A stretch of DNA of 64,000 bases from an uncultured bacterium (GTDB lineage: Bacteria > Verrucomicrobiota > Verrucomicrobiia > Verrucomicrobiales > DEV007), in contig CAXBMO010000005.1 in the NCBI GenBank assembly GCA_963977015.1, positions 160,001 through 224,000 of the forward strand. The letters are read 5' to 3'. The notes beneath the pieces were generated by a model. That model was not told the DNA's origin, searched no databases, and saw only the letters and a program-made list of their open reading frames with translations. The translations under genes were made by a program, and so were the position numbers. Positions 51,053 through 61,500 of this stretch are shown in pieces (the stretch's first letter is position 1; every line of letters begins with the position of its first letter).

Positions 51053-51991
51053 ATGCAGCCAATCCCAATCACTATCTTGGCTGGCAGCGATCACGTTGCA
51101 GGCCCTCTTCCGGAGACGGGAGCAAACCTCCATCCGCTCGCCGTCTACAAAGGAGCCGAGGTCAAGGTCGGAGAACGGAGGCTGATCGAAGTCCTGTTCG
51201 ACCACATCGTGAAGTCCGAAGCCTTCGGACCGATCACCATCGCCGGTCCGGCGGAAGTCTATGCCCACCTGGGGCTTGAAGCGAGAATCGTTGATACCAG
51301 CGGGAGCGTCGCGACCAATCTGCACGCGGCGATCGATGATCACGAGGAACAGCACGGCCAACAACCGATGGCGATGATCGCCTATGATGTCATTCTAAAG
51401 CCAAGCGAATTGATTGAACTTCGGCAGCAATACGAGAACGACCGACCGTGCGCCATGTGGATGCCCTTCGTCCGCATGCCACAGGATAAAGAGGCGCTCG
51501 GTTCGTTCGCCTGGAAGCCCTCCTATTCGCTGCAACCCGAACAGGGCGGCGAACCGTTTCGCATTCTGCCGGGACACCTGGCCATCTTTCATCCGGAGAC
51601 GCTGCGCCTGCCCCTTCTCTACAAGCTGCTAGACCTTGCCTACCGAACCAGAAACCATCCCGTTGCGCCTCGGCGCAGACTCATGATCCGCTCGATCTTG
51701 GCGGATCTTTTGGCTCGCGACCTCCGTCTGATTGGTTCCTTGCAACGCCCCAGAATCACTGCGGCCGTTATCTCAAACGGACTGCGCCTCGCCCGCGGCC
51801 TGCGCCATGGAGACATCACGATTTCGGGGTTGGAGAAAGCAATCGGCGGCATTTTTCTCCAACACAACAGCCGGCTCAAAGGCCCCACCGAAGGCATTCG
51901 CCATCCCATCGTCGATATTCTCAGCCTCGCCGAAGATGTCGACACCGAGGAGGAGGCACGTGAATTTGTCGAATGGTCGGAACCGGAATAG
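51053..51991 (+). CDS. Nucleotidyltransferase-like (MobA/NTP transferase fold) hypothetical protein
   Basis: N-terminal ILAG...KG, central YD, C-terminal DVDTEEE. Confidence 0.6.
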   Translation: MQPIPITILAGSDHVAGPLPETGANLHPLAVYKGAEVKVGERRLIEVLFDHIVKSEAFGPITIAGPAEVYAHLGLEARIVDTSGSVATNLHAAIDDHEEQHGQQPMAMIAYDVILKPSELIELRQQYENDRPCAMWMPFVRMPQDKEALGSFAWKPSYSLQPEQGGEPFRILPGHLAIFHPETLRLPLLYKLLDLAYRTRNHPVAPRRRLMIRSILADLLARDLRLIGSLQRPRITAAVISNGLRLARGLRHGDITISGLEKAIGGIFLQHNSRLKGPTEGIRHPIVDILSLAEDVDTEEEAREFVEWSEPE

Positions 51992-52015
51992 GCCAACCGC
52001 TTCGGAGTTGAAGAG

Positions 52016-53452
52016 TCAGGGTTCGTGACTCAACTCGCTCAACGGAAGCGGAAACTCCTTTACGACTTCACCGCTGATATCGACGCATTTGAACGTCAGG
52101 ACCGGATCGTCCGGACGAAAGTCGAAGTTCAGTTGTCCCCAGAAATTCCCCTTATTGTACGACCAAACCGCATTGGGGAAGGTCTTGTGAGTGTGTTGAT
52201 TGGTGACTTTAGCCGAAACAAACTCATAAAGGGGATACCCCTTCGGACGTTCGATCTTCCAGATATCCGAGCGATGCCGATCGCCTGAGATCAAAACCAA
52301 GCCGTTGATTTCCCGCTCTTCAATGAGGTCAAAAATCTCATCACGTTCGTCACGCGCCCAAGGACCGGCCCAGGAATCCTTGCCGCCTTTGTCCGCTCCA
52401 TCCGCCCACATCGTTCCGGAAGCGATCACCTTGAATTTGCCTTTCGCCGCCGCGAGCGATTCCAGAAGCCATTTCTTCTGATCCGGCCCCAACATCGTGT
52501 TGTCCTTTTTCTCCCGGTAAAAGCGACCATCCGTCATGAAAAAGTCAACGTCACCGAGCGAAAACGCATGCCAGGTTCCCGGCATCGTTTCTCCTCCGCC
52601 GTAGTGCGGATTGTTCCAATTTTGGCGAAACACGTTCCAGTTTGGCCGCTTCCACGGCGCATCCAAACCGGCCCCGCCCGATGAATCGTTCATCGCCATG
52701 TCGTGATCGTCCCAAACGGCATACATTCCCACGCTGTTGATGAGTTCGCGGTAGGCTGGGCTGAGGCAACGACGGTAGTAGAACAAGCGTTGCGCGCCAC
52801 GACGATGCTGCACGTCAATGTAGACGTTGTCACCGAGGCCGAGGTACGCGAGCGGGCGCTGTCGCGCCATGTTGCTCCACGCATATTCATTCGTCGGAAC
52901 GTAGCGCGAGCCCGAACCAAAGGTGACATGAAACTCGACCTTCTGCCCCCGTTCCGGCGCGGTTCGAAAATGAAACTCATCCCGTTGAATCGTTTTTCCA
53001 TTCACGTTCACGGAGTAGGTGTATTCGGTGAATGGCTTGAGGCCGTCGACCTTCACGACCGTGGTGAAGTCGTCCATCGCCTCCGTCTGAATCGTTTCCG
53101 AGGATTGCTCGCCAACCTTGACCTGAACCGTTGCCGCCCCCGCCGTGCGCAGCCAGAACTTCGCCGACGTTGGTTTGATATCGCCCAACATCGGTCCGTT
53201 GAAGAGCGTGAGATCGTGCTTCCCAATCAACTTGGCAAACGCCGGTTCAGCGAGAAGCTCAACCATGCCGCCCTCCGCTCCAAAGCGTCCGGTCTGCCCC
53301 TGCGCGTCGTTGCCGTAGAGCGCCTCGATCAGGTAGGGATCAAGATCTTTCATCATCGGATCTGTTTCACCTTGAGTGATGGGTTCCTTGGCAGGAGCGA
53401 TACTCCCCAAGGCGAGTATGAGAGAGGGAATCGTAAATCGAATGAGGTTCAT
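52016..53452 (-). CDS. Alkaline phosphatase D family protein
   Basis: Fn3-like GLKPFTEY.Y, LGDNVYID, WDDHD, LGPDQKKWL, ISGDRH. Confidence 0.88.
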   Translation of the reverse strand: MNLIRFTIPSLILALGSIAPAKEPITQGETDPMMKDLDPYLIEALYGNDAQGQTGRFGAEGGMVELLAEPAFAKLIGKHDLTLFNGPMLGDIKPTSAKFWLRTAGAATVQVKVGEQSSETIQTEAMDDFTTVVKVDGLKPFTEYTYSVNVNGKTIQRDEFHFRTAPERGQKVEFHVTFGSGSRYVPTNEYAWSNMARQRPLAYLGLGDNVYIDVQHRRGAQRLFYYRRCLSPAYRELINSVGMYAVWDDHDMAMNDSSGGAGLDAPWKRPNWNVFRQNWNNPHYGGGETMPGTWHAFSLGDVDFFMTDGRFYREKKDNTMLGPDQKKWLLESLAAAKGKFKVIASGTMWADGADKGGKDSWAGPWARDERDEIFDLIEEREINGLVLISGDRHRSDIWKIERPKGYPLYEFVSAKVTNQHTHKTFPNAVWSYNKGNFWGQLNFDFRPDDPVLTFKCVDISGEVVKEFPLPLSELSHEP

Positions 53453-53502
53453 TGATGGAATCGTGGGTTCGAAATTTCGAAGCGACCTATTGAGGGAAGA
53501 AT

Positions 53503-55077
53503 CTACTCCTTCAATTTCGCAATCAGATAGCCCTTGGTCGACTCGTGCGTTGCGTCCTCCGCGCCGGGAAAATACAACTCGCAGGTGACGCCGTTCGCCT
53601 CACAATGCTCCTGCAGTTTCACCCCGAAATTCGCGGAATGCGTTGGATCCGGTTCCTCCTGACCGAGCTGCGGAGGCCTCCCGTAGGAGAGATAGACCGG
53701 TGGATCGTCGCTGCTGACATTGGCATAGGGCGAAAACTCTGCGATCCAGGGCAAAATCTCGTCGCGCTGGTCATGGAACTTCGAAAAATCAGAGATGCCA
53801 AAAGCATGACCGCCGTAGCGGCTGTTCGGGGTCCACTCCCTCATCTGTTTGGGATCGAGCGTGGTCTGGGCTCCGCTTACCGCCGCGCACCAGAGGCGGG
53901 TAGATTCGCGAGCCACCGGATCGTCGCTATCGGGGTCCGCGAGATCGGAGTGAAAGGCCAGCCAAAGCGACGAACACGCTCCCGCCGATCCTCCCGAGGC
54001 TCCAATGCGCTCCTTGTCGATGTTCCACTCGACCGCGTTGCTCCGAACAAACTGAAGGGCCCGGGCCGCATCATGCAGCGGACCTTTCACCGGAGGAACC
54101 ACGCCATCAGCCGTTGCTTCGGGAATGAATCGATACTCCACCGATGCCACGGAAATTCCCGCGTCGAGAAAATCGTTCAACGATGCGGCGAGCCCGCTCA
54201 ACCTTCCTCCTCCCATCCATCCTCCACCGTGAATGAAGAGAAGAAGCGGTGTCGGCGTTTCAGACTCCGCCTTCCAGAAATGGATCCGCTGCTTCAGATG
54301 CGGGCCGTAGGCGACATCATAGTGAGTCGGGTTGGGCAGCGGACGCCTGGCGGAAAGTCCCTTGGCTTCGTTTTCGGGAATCTCGCGAACAAAGATGTTT
54401 CGCCAACGAATCTCTCCACCGTGGGTTTGCAGCATGACCGGACCTTTCGCAGGCAACGGCAGGCTGCGATCCCAGTAATTCTCCATCACCGCACCTTCCA
54501 CCACCGCCCTGTTGTTCAGCCAAACCCAGGTTCGCGCGCCCACCTGAATAATCCGAAACGTGTTCCATTGCCCGAAAGGTCTGTCGGCTCGCATGATCGG
54601 ATCGCGCCCCAACGTGTCCGGTGTGTTGTTGAAGAGGCCCCCCGAACCGAGATGAGGGCGACGGGTCGGCTTGTCAGGATTGAATTCCTGATGGTGATCC
54701 CAGATTTGGACCTGCGGAGTTCCCCGGAGATAAATTCCGCTGTCGGCACCAGCCACCGTCTTGTATTCGAGGAGCAGCTCAAAATCGCCGAACTCCTCGT
54801 CGGTCGTGGCATAGGGGCCGTGCCCGTCATTGACCAGTTCTCCATTTTCAACCCTCCAATTTTTGGAGAACTCCTCCCTCATTTCCTGGAGCTTGGCCTC
54901 TCGTTTCTCCCCTTCGAGCTTGGCGACCTGGTGCGGATTGAGCCCGTGCCAGCCGGAAAGATCCTTGCCATTGAAGATTGCCCGAAAATTCTTCGGAGGT
55001 TGCGGTTCCTCCGCCGCAGTCGTCTGAAATGCCAACACGGCAACCAGCAGGACAATTGATGAAAGTGGGGTTTTCAT
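53503..55077 (-). CDS. DUF1080 domain fused to a carboxylesterase-type alpha/beta hydrolase
   Basis: IFNGKDLSGW, DSGIYLRG, LQTHGG; then IHGGGW, GGSAG, C-terminal His. Confidence 0.88.
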   Translation of the reverse strand: MKTPLSSIVLLVAVLAFQTTAAEEPQPPKNFRAIFNGKDLSGWHGLNPHQVAKLEGEKREAKLQEMREEFSKNWRVENGELVNDGHGPYATTDEEFGDFELLLEYKTVAGADSGIYLRGTPQVQIWDHHQEFNPDKPTRRPHLGSGGLFNNTPDTLGRDPIMRADRPFGQWNTFRIIQVGARTWVWLNNRAVVEGAVMENYWDRSLPLPAKGPVMLQTHGGEIRWRNIFVREIPENEAKGLSARRPLPNPTHYDVAYGPHLKQRIHFWKAESETPTPLLLFIHGGGWMGGGRLSGLAASLNDFLDAGISVASVEYRFIPEATADGVVPPVKGPLHDAARALQFVRSNAVEWNIDKERIGASGGSAGACSSLWLAFHSDLADPDSDDPVARESTRLWCAAVSGAQTTLDPKQMREWTPNSRYGGHAFGISDFSKFHDQRDEILPWIAEFSPYANVSSDDPPVYLSYGRPPQLGQEEPDPTHSANFGVKLQEHCEANGVTCELYFPGAEDATHESTKGYLIAKLKE

Positions 55078-55249
55078 AAGCAGCTACTGATACCGAGATT
55101 CGCCATCTCGTCGAACTCAAGAATTTTGCGTCCCCCGCGGTCCAAAAATCAGGTTCCCAACTCTTTTCCATCCAAACAGCGCAAATTCTGCACAGACTTC
55201 CCACAAGATAGGCGCAGCACGGCCCCTCCAACCATGGTTTGCTCCGGAC

Positions 55250-55495
55250 ATGCCCATCCAACATCACTCCCTCATCACCGAATTTCCAGATCACCGCGAA
55301 ACCATCCACTCTCTGAAACAGAACGATAACCACTTCCGCAATCTGATGGAGAAGCACGAAGAGATCGACAAGGAAATCGTCCGGATGGAAGAAGGCATCG
55401 AAACTCCGGAAGACGCCGTCGTCACCGAACTCAAGAAGGTACGTCTCGATCTGAAAGACGAGATTCTCTCGATGTTGATCAAGGCCGAGAGCTGA
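55250..55495 (+). CDS. YdcH/DUF465 family protein
   Basis: EFP....IHSLK..DNHF..L......D.EI..ME; LKK.RL.LKDEI. Confidence 0.85.
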   Translation: MPIQHHSLITEFPDHRETIHSLKQNDNHFRNLMEKHEEIDKEIVRMEEGIETPEDAVVTELKKVRLDLKDEILSMLIKAES

Positions 55496-55549
55496 CATTT
55501 CGCCCGCTCACATCCCCCAAAAAAGCGACTCCGGGCACCAACCCGCTCT

Positions 55550-58500
55550 CTACATCGTGGGCGCATTCAACTGCGCCATTCCCTCCTCCGGGCTGGTCGC
55601 ATCGATGATCATTCCATAGATGTCTCCCAAGTTCAGTCCCTCTTCATCGGTCAATCCAGGCAAGATCCCGCCACGGAATGTTCCGACCCGGAAGATCGCA
55701 TTGTCCTGGCTGAAGATTCCGCTGATCTCCGGAACCTCCGTGATCGTGATCGAATAAGCCCGATCTCCCAGCTCGATTCCCGGCATCGCAATCGTCCAAT
55801 TCCCCGCCGCATCAGCGGTCACCGACATCGTGTGGCTGAAGCCGCCAGCTCCATCGCTGATCGTCACCACAATCTGTGATCCATATCCTGACGTTCCGGC
55901 AAAGAACGGTGTAAGCGAGAACATCGGCGGCAAGGTCGGCAACACGCTGGCATCGCCAGCTTCCTGATTGCTCAAATTCAGCCGTATCGCTTGGCCATCC
56001 GGTCCAATCAATTGCCCGTTCAGGAATTGGTAACCGCTTGCCCCATCCGCCGCATCAATCTGGAATCCAGCGAACACGCCGTCATCGCCGTATCGGCTCA
56101 GCACTTCCAGAATCTGGGCCAGTTCGCCGTCGACTCCGGCACCGGTTCCACCATCTGGTAACGTGGAGGCCTGTGTCCCGGCGGTTGCGGCCGGGTCGTT
56201 TTGCGCATCGGTTTCGACGCCTTTCTGGATGACGGTGTTGACCAGCGAGTTGCTCTGATCGACTCCGTCCTGCAGCACCACCGAGATGCTTCGCGCGCCC
56301 GGTGTCGGGTTGCTCCCGTTCTTGTTGATGTATACCACGCTGCGTAGGGCTCGCTCCATCGCGGTCACACTGACTCCTCCCGGCCCGGCACTGATCAAGA
56401 GGGTTCCGCTGGCCCGATCCCAGGTTTGCGTCATGTTCGAGCCCAATCCCAGCGAGGTAAGCTGGTCTTCACCCGGAATGTAGCGCCCGGCAAACTGCAC
56501 CACCGCTTCGGTCACGAGAATCGCGTCCCGAATGATCAAGTCCGGGAACACCGCGATCGGCCCCTGCCCCACCCCATGCGTCAGCAACGCCCCATTGGTG
56601 CCCGCAAGCGAAGGCACCAGGTCGTCGGACTCGATGCTGTTGAAGTGCACTGGCGCAAACCCGGTCGCGGTGTAAGTGCCGAACGAGGCTCCCGTTCCAT
56701 CGATCCCGCTGCTGGCCAGGCTCATGTCCTCCAGCAACAACAGGGCATCGCCAGGCAGCGTCTTCGGATCGCCACCTCTCACCGTAATCTCGGTAATCGC
56801 ACTCGGCTGAACCCGGAACAGGTCCGGGTCTTCGCCGCCGCTGATGATCGCCGCTGCGGCATCGACCTGGCCAAAGAATTGCACGATCACGCCGGTTCCA
56901 TCCGACACGCCCTGGTCCAGGCTGATCTCCACGTTGCCCGCGGCATTCAGATTGGCTGCCGCATCGAATAGGAGTGTTCCATCGGCGCTCAGGAAAATTC
57001 CGCCACCGGTGGACGTCAGGGTGACGCCTGTTCCGATGTTCAGATCACCCGTGGTGGACGTGGCGGTGAGATCTCCGCCGGTCGTGGAATCGCGGAAGAC
57101 GATTCCGGTGGTGTTGACGATCGTCGCCGTGCCCGAAGCATTGAGCGCAATCGAGCCGCTCACATCCAGTTGATTGGTGATGATGTTGCCGTTGCTCGTG
57201 GTCAAATCAACCGTTCCCGAGATCGAAACCGTTCCGCTGTCGGTGATGTCTCCGGTGGAGGAGGTGACGTCCAGGTTTCCGGAAATCGTGGATGCTCCCA
57301 GATCAATTCCGTTGGCATCGACCAGGGTCACGTCTTGAGCGCTCACGATCGAAACCGCGCCCGTGAAGTCGTTGCCGACGTTGCTCAGATCGATGTTGTC
57401 GGTTCCCACCGCCAGAGCCGTGGTTCCGTCCACATCCAAACCGGCACTTTGCCCAATACCGCCAGTGGTGGCCGTCGCCGCCAGGTTCCCGCCAACGTTG
57501 GTCGCCTTAAAGTCGATCGCCGTTGCGTTCACGATCGTTGCGTCGCTGTCGGCACCGGTCGTGCTCAGCCCGATCAAACCGGTCACCGCCAGTTGATTCA
57601 CATTGATATCCGCATCGTTGACCGTGGTCGTGAACTGGGCTGCGCCGCCCACCGTCGTGGTTCCGGAATCGGTGATGTTGTCGTTGTTGACGATCTGCAA
57701 ATCGTTCCCGGCATTGATCCCGGCCGCCCCAATATCCAAGGCACCCATGTTCGCGACATAGAAATCCGTGCCCGACGAGCCCGCCAAAGTCGCGACCTGC
57801 GTTTCCAGCGGATCGGCGACCGTGCCCACATTGAGCGCCGCGTTCAACACCGCGCTCGCCGCGACCACTTCTTTATCGGTATCGCCGCCGTCCAGAATCG
57901 AACCACTCGCGGAATCGATCGTCACCGCCGCCGTCGTCACCAATCCACCCAGGGTGATGTCGCCTACGGCATCAACATCGACGTTACCGCCACCGGCATC
58001 AATCAGCGCGCCATCAGCCATCACGATATCCCCAGCGCCGCCAGTGGACGCCTCGATCTTCACCGTGCCGCCCGTCGAATTCACGTCCGAATCCGCCCCG
58101 AAGGTGATGTGGTCATCGGAGGCGATGGTGACGTTGCCACTTCCGCTGGTCACGATCGAGTTGATCTCGGTTCCGACATTGCCCCCCGCCAAATCAGGCG
58201 TGTTGGCGTGTCCGGAGATGGAGATATTTCCGATTCCGCTCGCCACCACCGCTGCGGTGGTTCCGGTGGACAATTCCACCCCGTCTTCGCCACTTCCGGT
58301 GATGCTGATGTCGCCATCGACCACCGAAACCACGGAATCGGCACCCGTGATCTGCACGCCTTCTCCGTCGGCATCGCTTCCACCCGTGCCGTCGATCGTG
58401 ATTCTGGCCGAATTGGTACCAACCACTGACCCGCCAGCTTGGATGCGCACACCATCATTGTTGGTCGAACCATCATTCGGATGACCTCCAGCCACACCGT

Positions 58501-61500
58501 TGATCGTGATCAGCCCGCCACTGGAAGAGATGGCAGCCGCCGTGCCCGACACCATCACTCCGATGTTGCCGTCACCGTCGTTCCTGCTGCCGCCACCAAA
58601 TCCCGTCAGGGTGATCGTGGCCGACCCGGATGAATTGACGGCGCCCTCTACAAAAATACCGTGGTTGCTATTGGTGTTAGCCCGGGCACCGCCACCTCCT
58701 TGTCCCTCCATGACAATGGCGCCGTCCACGCTGGTGACACTACCGCTGGAGTTGAGATGGATGCCGTAGTTGTTGAGGTGGGACGTTCCTGCACTGCCGT
58801 AGATATCAACCGCCCCCCCGGTTCCGGTCGCCTGGACGGTTCCGGAAATTTGCACTCCGGTATTCTCATCCGTATTGCTGCGCTGGAGGCCGCCTTCGCC
58901 ATCGATATCAATCTCGCCGGTCACCGTTTCCACCACCGTGTCAGCGCCGATCACTACACCCCGACTTTCGTTCGCATTGTCGTTCTGACCGTAGCCACCG
59001 GTTCCGTCCAGCGTCACCGTTCCATTGGTTGAAGCGACTCTCGTCCCGGCATCGGCAAGCACAACTCCGTGATGATCGTTGTCGTCCGTATCCCCGGAAC
59101 CAAGGCCAGCCAACGTCACGTTTCCATCCGTGGACGTCACCGTCGAGCCTCCTGCCAACAAAACACCATGGCGGAAACTGCCGGTTCCGCTATCGGCTCC
59201 TTCGCCCGTCAAAACGATGTTGCCGCTCGTGGTTGTGATGTCCGCGTCACTGAGTTCGATCCCAACAAATCCACCATCGCCGTTTCCGGTGGCCGTCAGC
59301 GTCACCGCGCCATCGTTGGTGGTGATGCCAGAGCCTGCATTCATCGCGATGGCCCGGTCCGCGTTCACGATCACTCCGCCAGAACCCGCGCTTTGATCAA
59401 TCTGCGCGTTGGCCGCAAAGACGACGTCATCGGCAGTTATGGTGATGTCGCCGCTCAGGCCGAGCGATCCGTTGCTCGTGCTCACCGTCACCGTGTCATC
59501 GTTTTCCACGCCGGGTGTTGTGGTATCCGGCCCGGTCGTGTCGATCGTGAGGCTGGTGATGCCACCGGTGATCTGGTTGGCATCGATCACCACCGTCTGC
59601 GCATTCGGCCGCGTTACCTGGGCGTTGGTCAGGCCCGTGGTATTCAACACCAGCGCCGTATTCGCTGTTTCCTGAATCGTGTAGGTATTGGTCGCCGCAT
59701 CGTAGCTGATGCTCAGCGTGTCGGTCGAATCGTTGGTGCTATCGGTGATGCTCAGCGCATTGCCCACCAAGGCGACGTTGGTCTCTGCTTGCCCGGCAAA
59801 AAGGACCACGTCATTTCCGTCACCACCGGCATAACTGATGATGTAACTATCGCCGTCGTCATCCATCACCGTTGCGCCTTCTGGCAACCCGGCAAAGGTG
59901 CCGATCACCACGTCGGTGCCATCGTTGCTGATCAGGGTAACGGTGGAACCTGGGGTGACACCGCCCGCGACACCCACTGCATCGCTGATCTCGGTCAGGG
60001 TCAACGTGCCGCCGACCGTCACCGTTCCGTCACCAGTCGTTCCGGTCACGCTGAGCAGGTCCGCGCTGGTGTCTCCATTGATCTGGAACTCAAAGTCACC
60101 GCTCAAATTCACATCATTGTCGTCACCAACCGTCAGGGTGCCCACTCCGCTGGCCACATCCGGTTCGCCCGGAGCGACTTCGCCGGTCGTCGAGATCACC
60201 TCACCAACAATCGTCCCCGTTCCGCCTAACGAACCGCCAATCACCGTCGTCTCCGCCGTGGTCGTGCCGTTCACCAGCACCACACCGTCGTTCACCTCCA
60301 CGCCATCCTGCAACTCGTTGGTCCCGTTCAGGGTCAGGGTTCCGGCGCCGTTCATCACCAGTTGGTTGTCCCGCACGTTGGTACTTTGCAGCAGGCCGGT
60401 GTTGGCAAAGGCGACAAAGCCCACCACTTCGTCGGCGTGGCTGGTTTCGGTGTCGCCAGAACGATCTTCGTCGGTGAAGACATTGACCCCATTGCCGTTG
60501 TAACGAAAACGCAGCCCGGACGGATCGACGCCGTCGATGGTCTGCTGGTCGCCGATAAAGATGGGCGGTGCGCTGTAGGCGTTCTGCAGCGTCACACCGA
60601 AATTCGAGTGCGTCACCGCATTCGGCGTCGTGCCGGCTTCGAAGAGTAACCCGGCTCCCGTGGTCGCCCCCGCCGCTGCGGTCGGACTAATGGCGATGTA
60701 ACCCACCGTCTCGTTCACGGAATGCTGCGCCTGGCCCTCAGCTTGTTCGAGGAAGAAGCTGAATCCGTTTGCATTGACGCCGGCACGGTGCCGTGGCTTG
60801 ACGAAACTCGCATCGTTCTGACTCATCAACTGGGTCATCGCAACCGGAGTCGTGGCAAATACGCCCGCTCCGAAACTGACCGATTCGTCCGTGCTGCCGG
60901 AGACGCTGACCGTGCCGGCTTGGATGACCGTCCCATCGTCCAGCGTGTAGGTACCGGCCTCAACCACCAGGAAGTTCACCGTCTCCTCCGCAGGCGGGTT
61001 CGTGTTGTTCGCGCCCGGAGGAACGTCGAGCTGAATCTGGAAGGTGCCCGCACCGGCATCCACATTGAAGATGCGCACCTCAACCACGTTGGGATCGGCG
61101 CCACCAGTCCCACTGCCCTGCTCGGCCAATGCGACGATGACCGGGTTCACGTAAGTTCCCGCGAAGTTCACCGTCTGCGCGGTGCCGCCCACGTTCAGAA
61201 CCTGGCCGACTTCACCCAGATCGGCATATTCCGCCACGGTGGAAGCGATGTTCCCGTTCACCACAGTGTCGCCGTCACCTGCGGCCAATATTCCGGCCTG
61301 CTGCAGGTTGACGTTCCCGTTCACCGTCAGGGTGTCGTCCACGGTGGAAGACAGGAGGCGCAAATCCCCCTGCACCCCAAGTTGCACATCGATCAGTCCT
61401 TCCACGAAGTTGTCGCCGCTGAGGTTTTCGATCGTGGCGTCACCCGTGCCGTCGAATAGGAGAGAGATCGTCTCGTGAGCCGGAATCGTGATGCCGCCGA

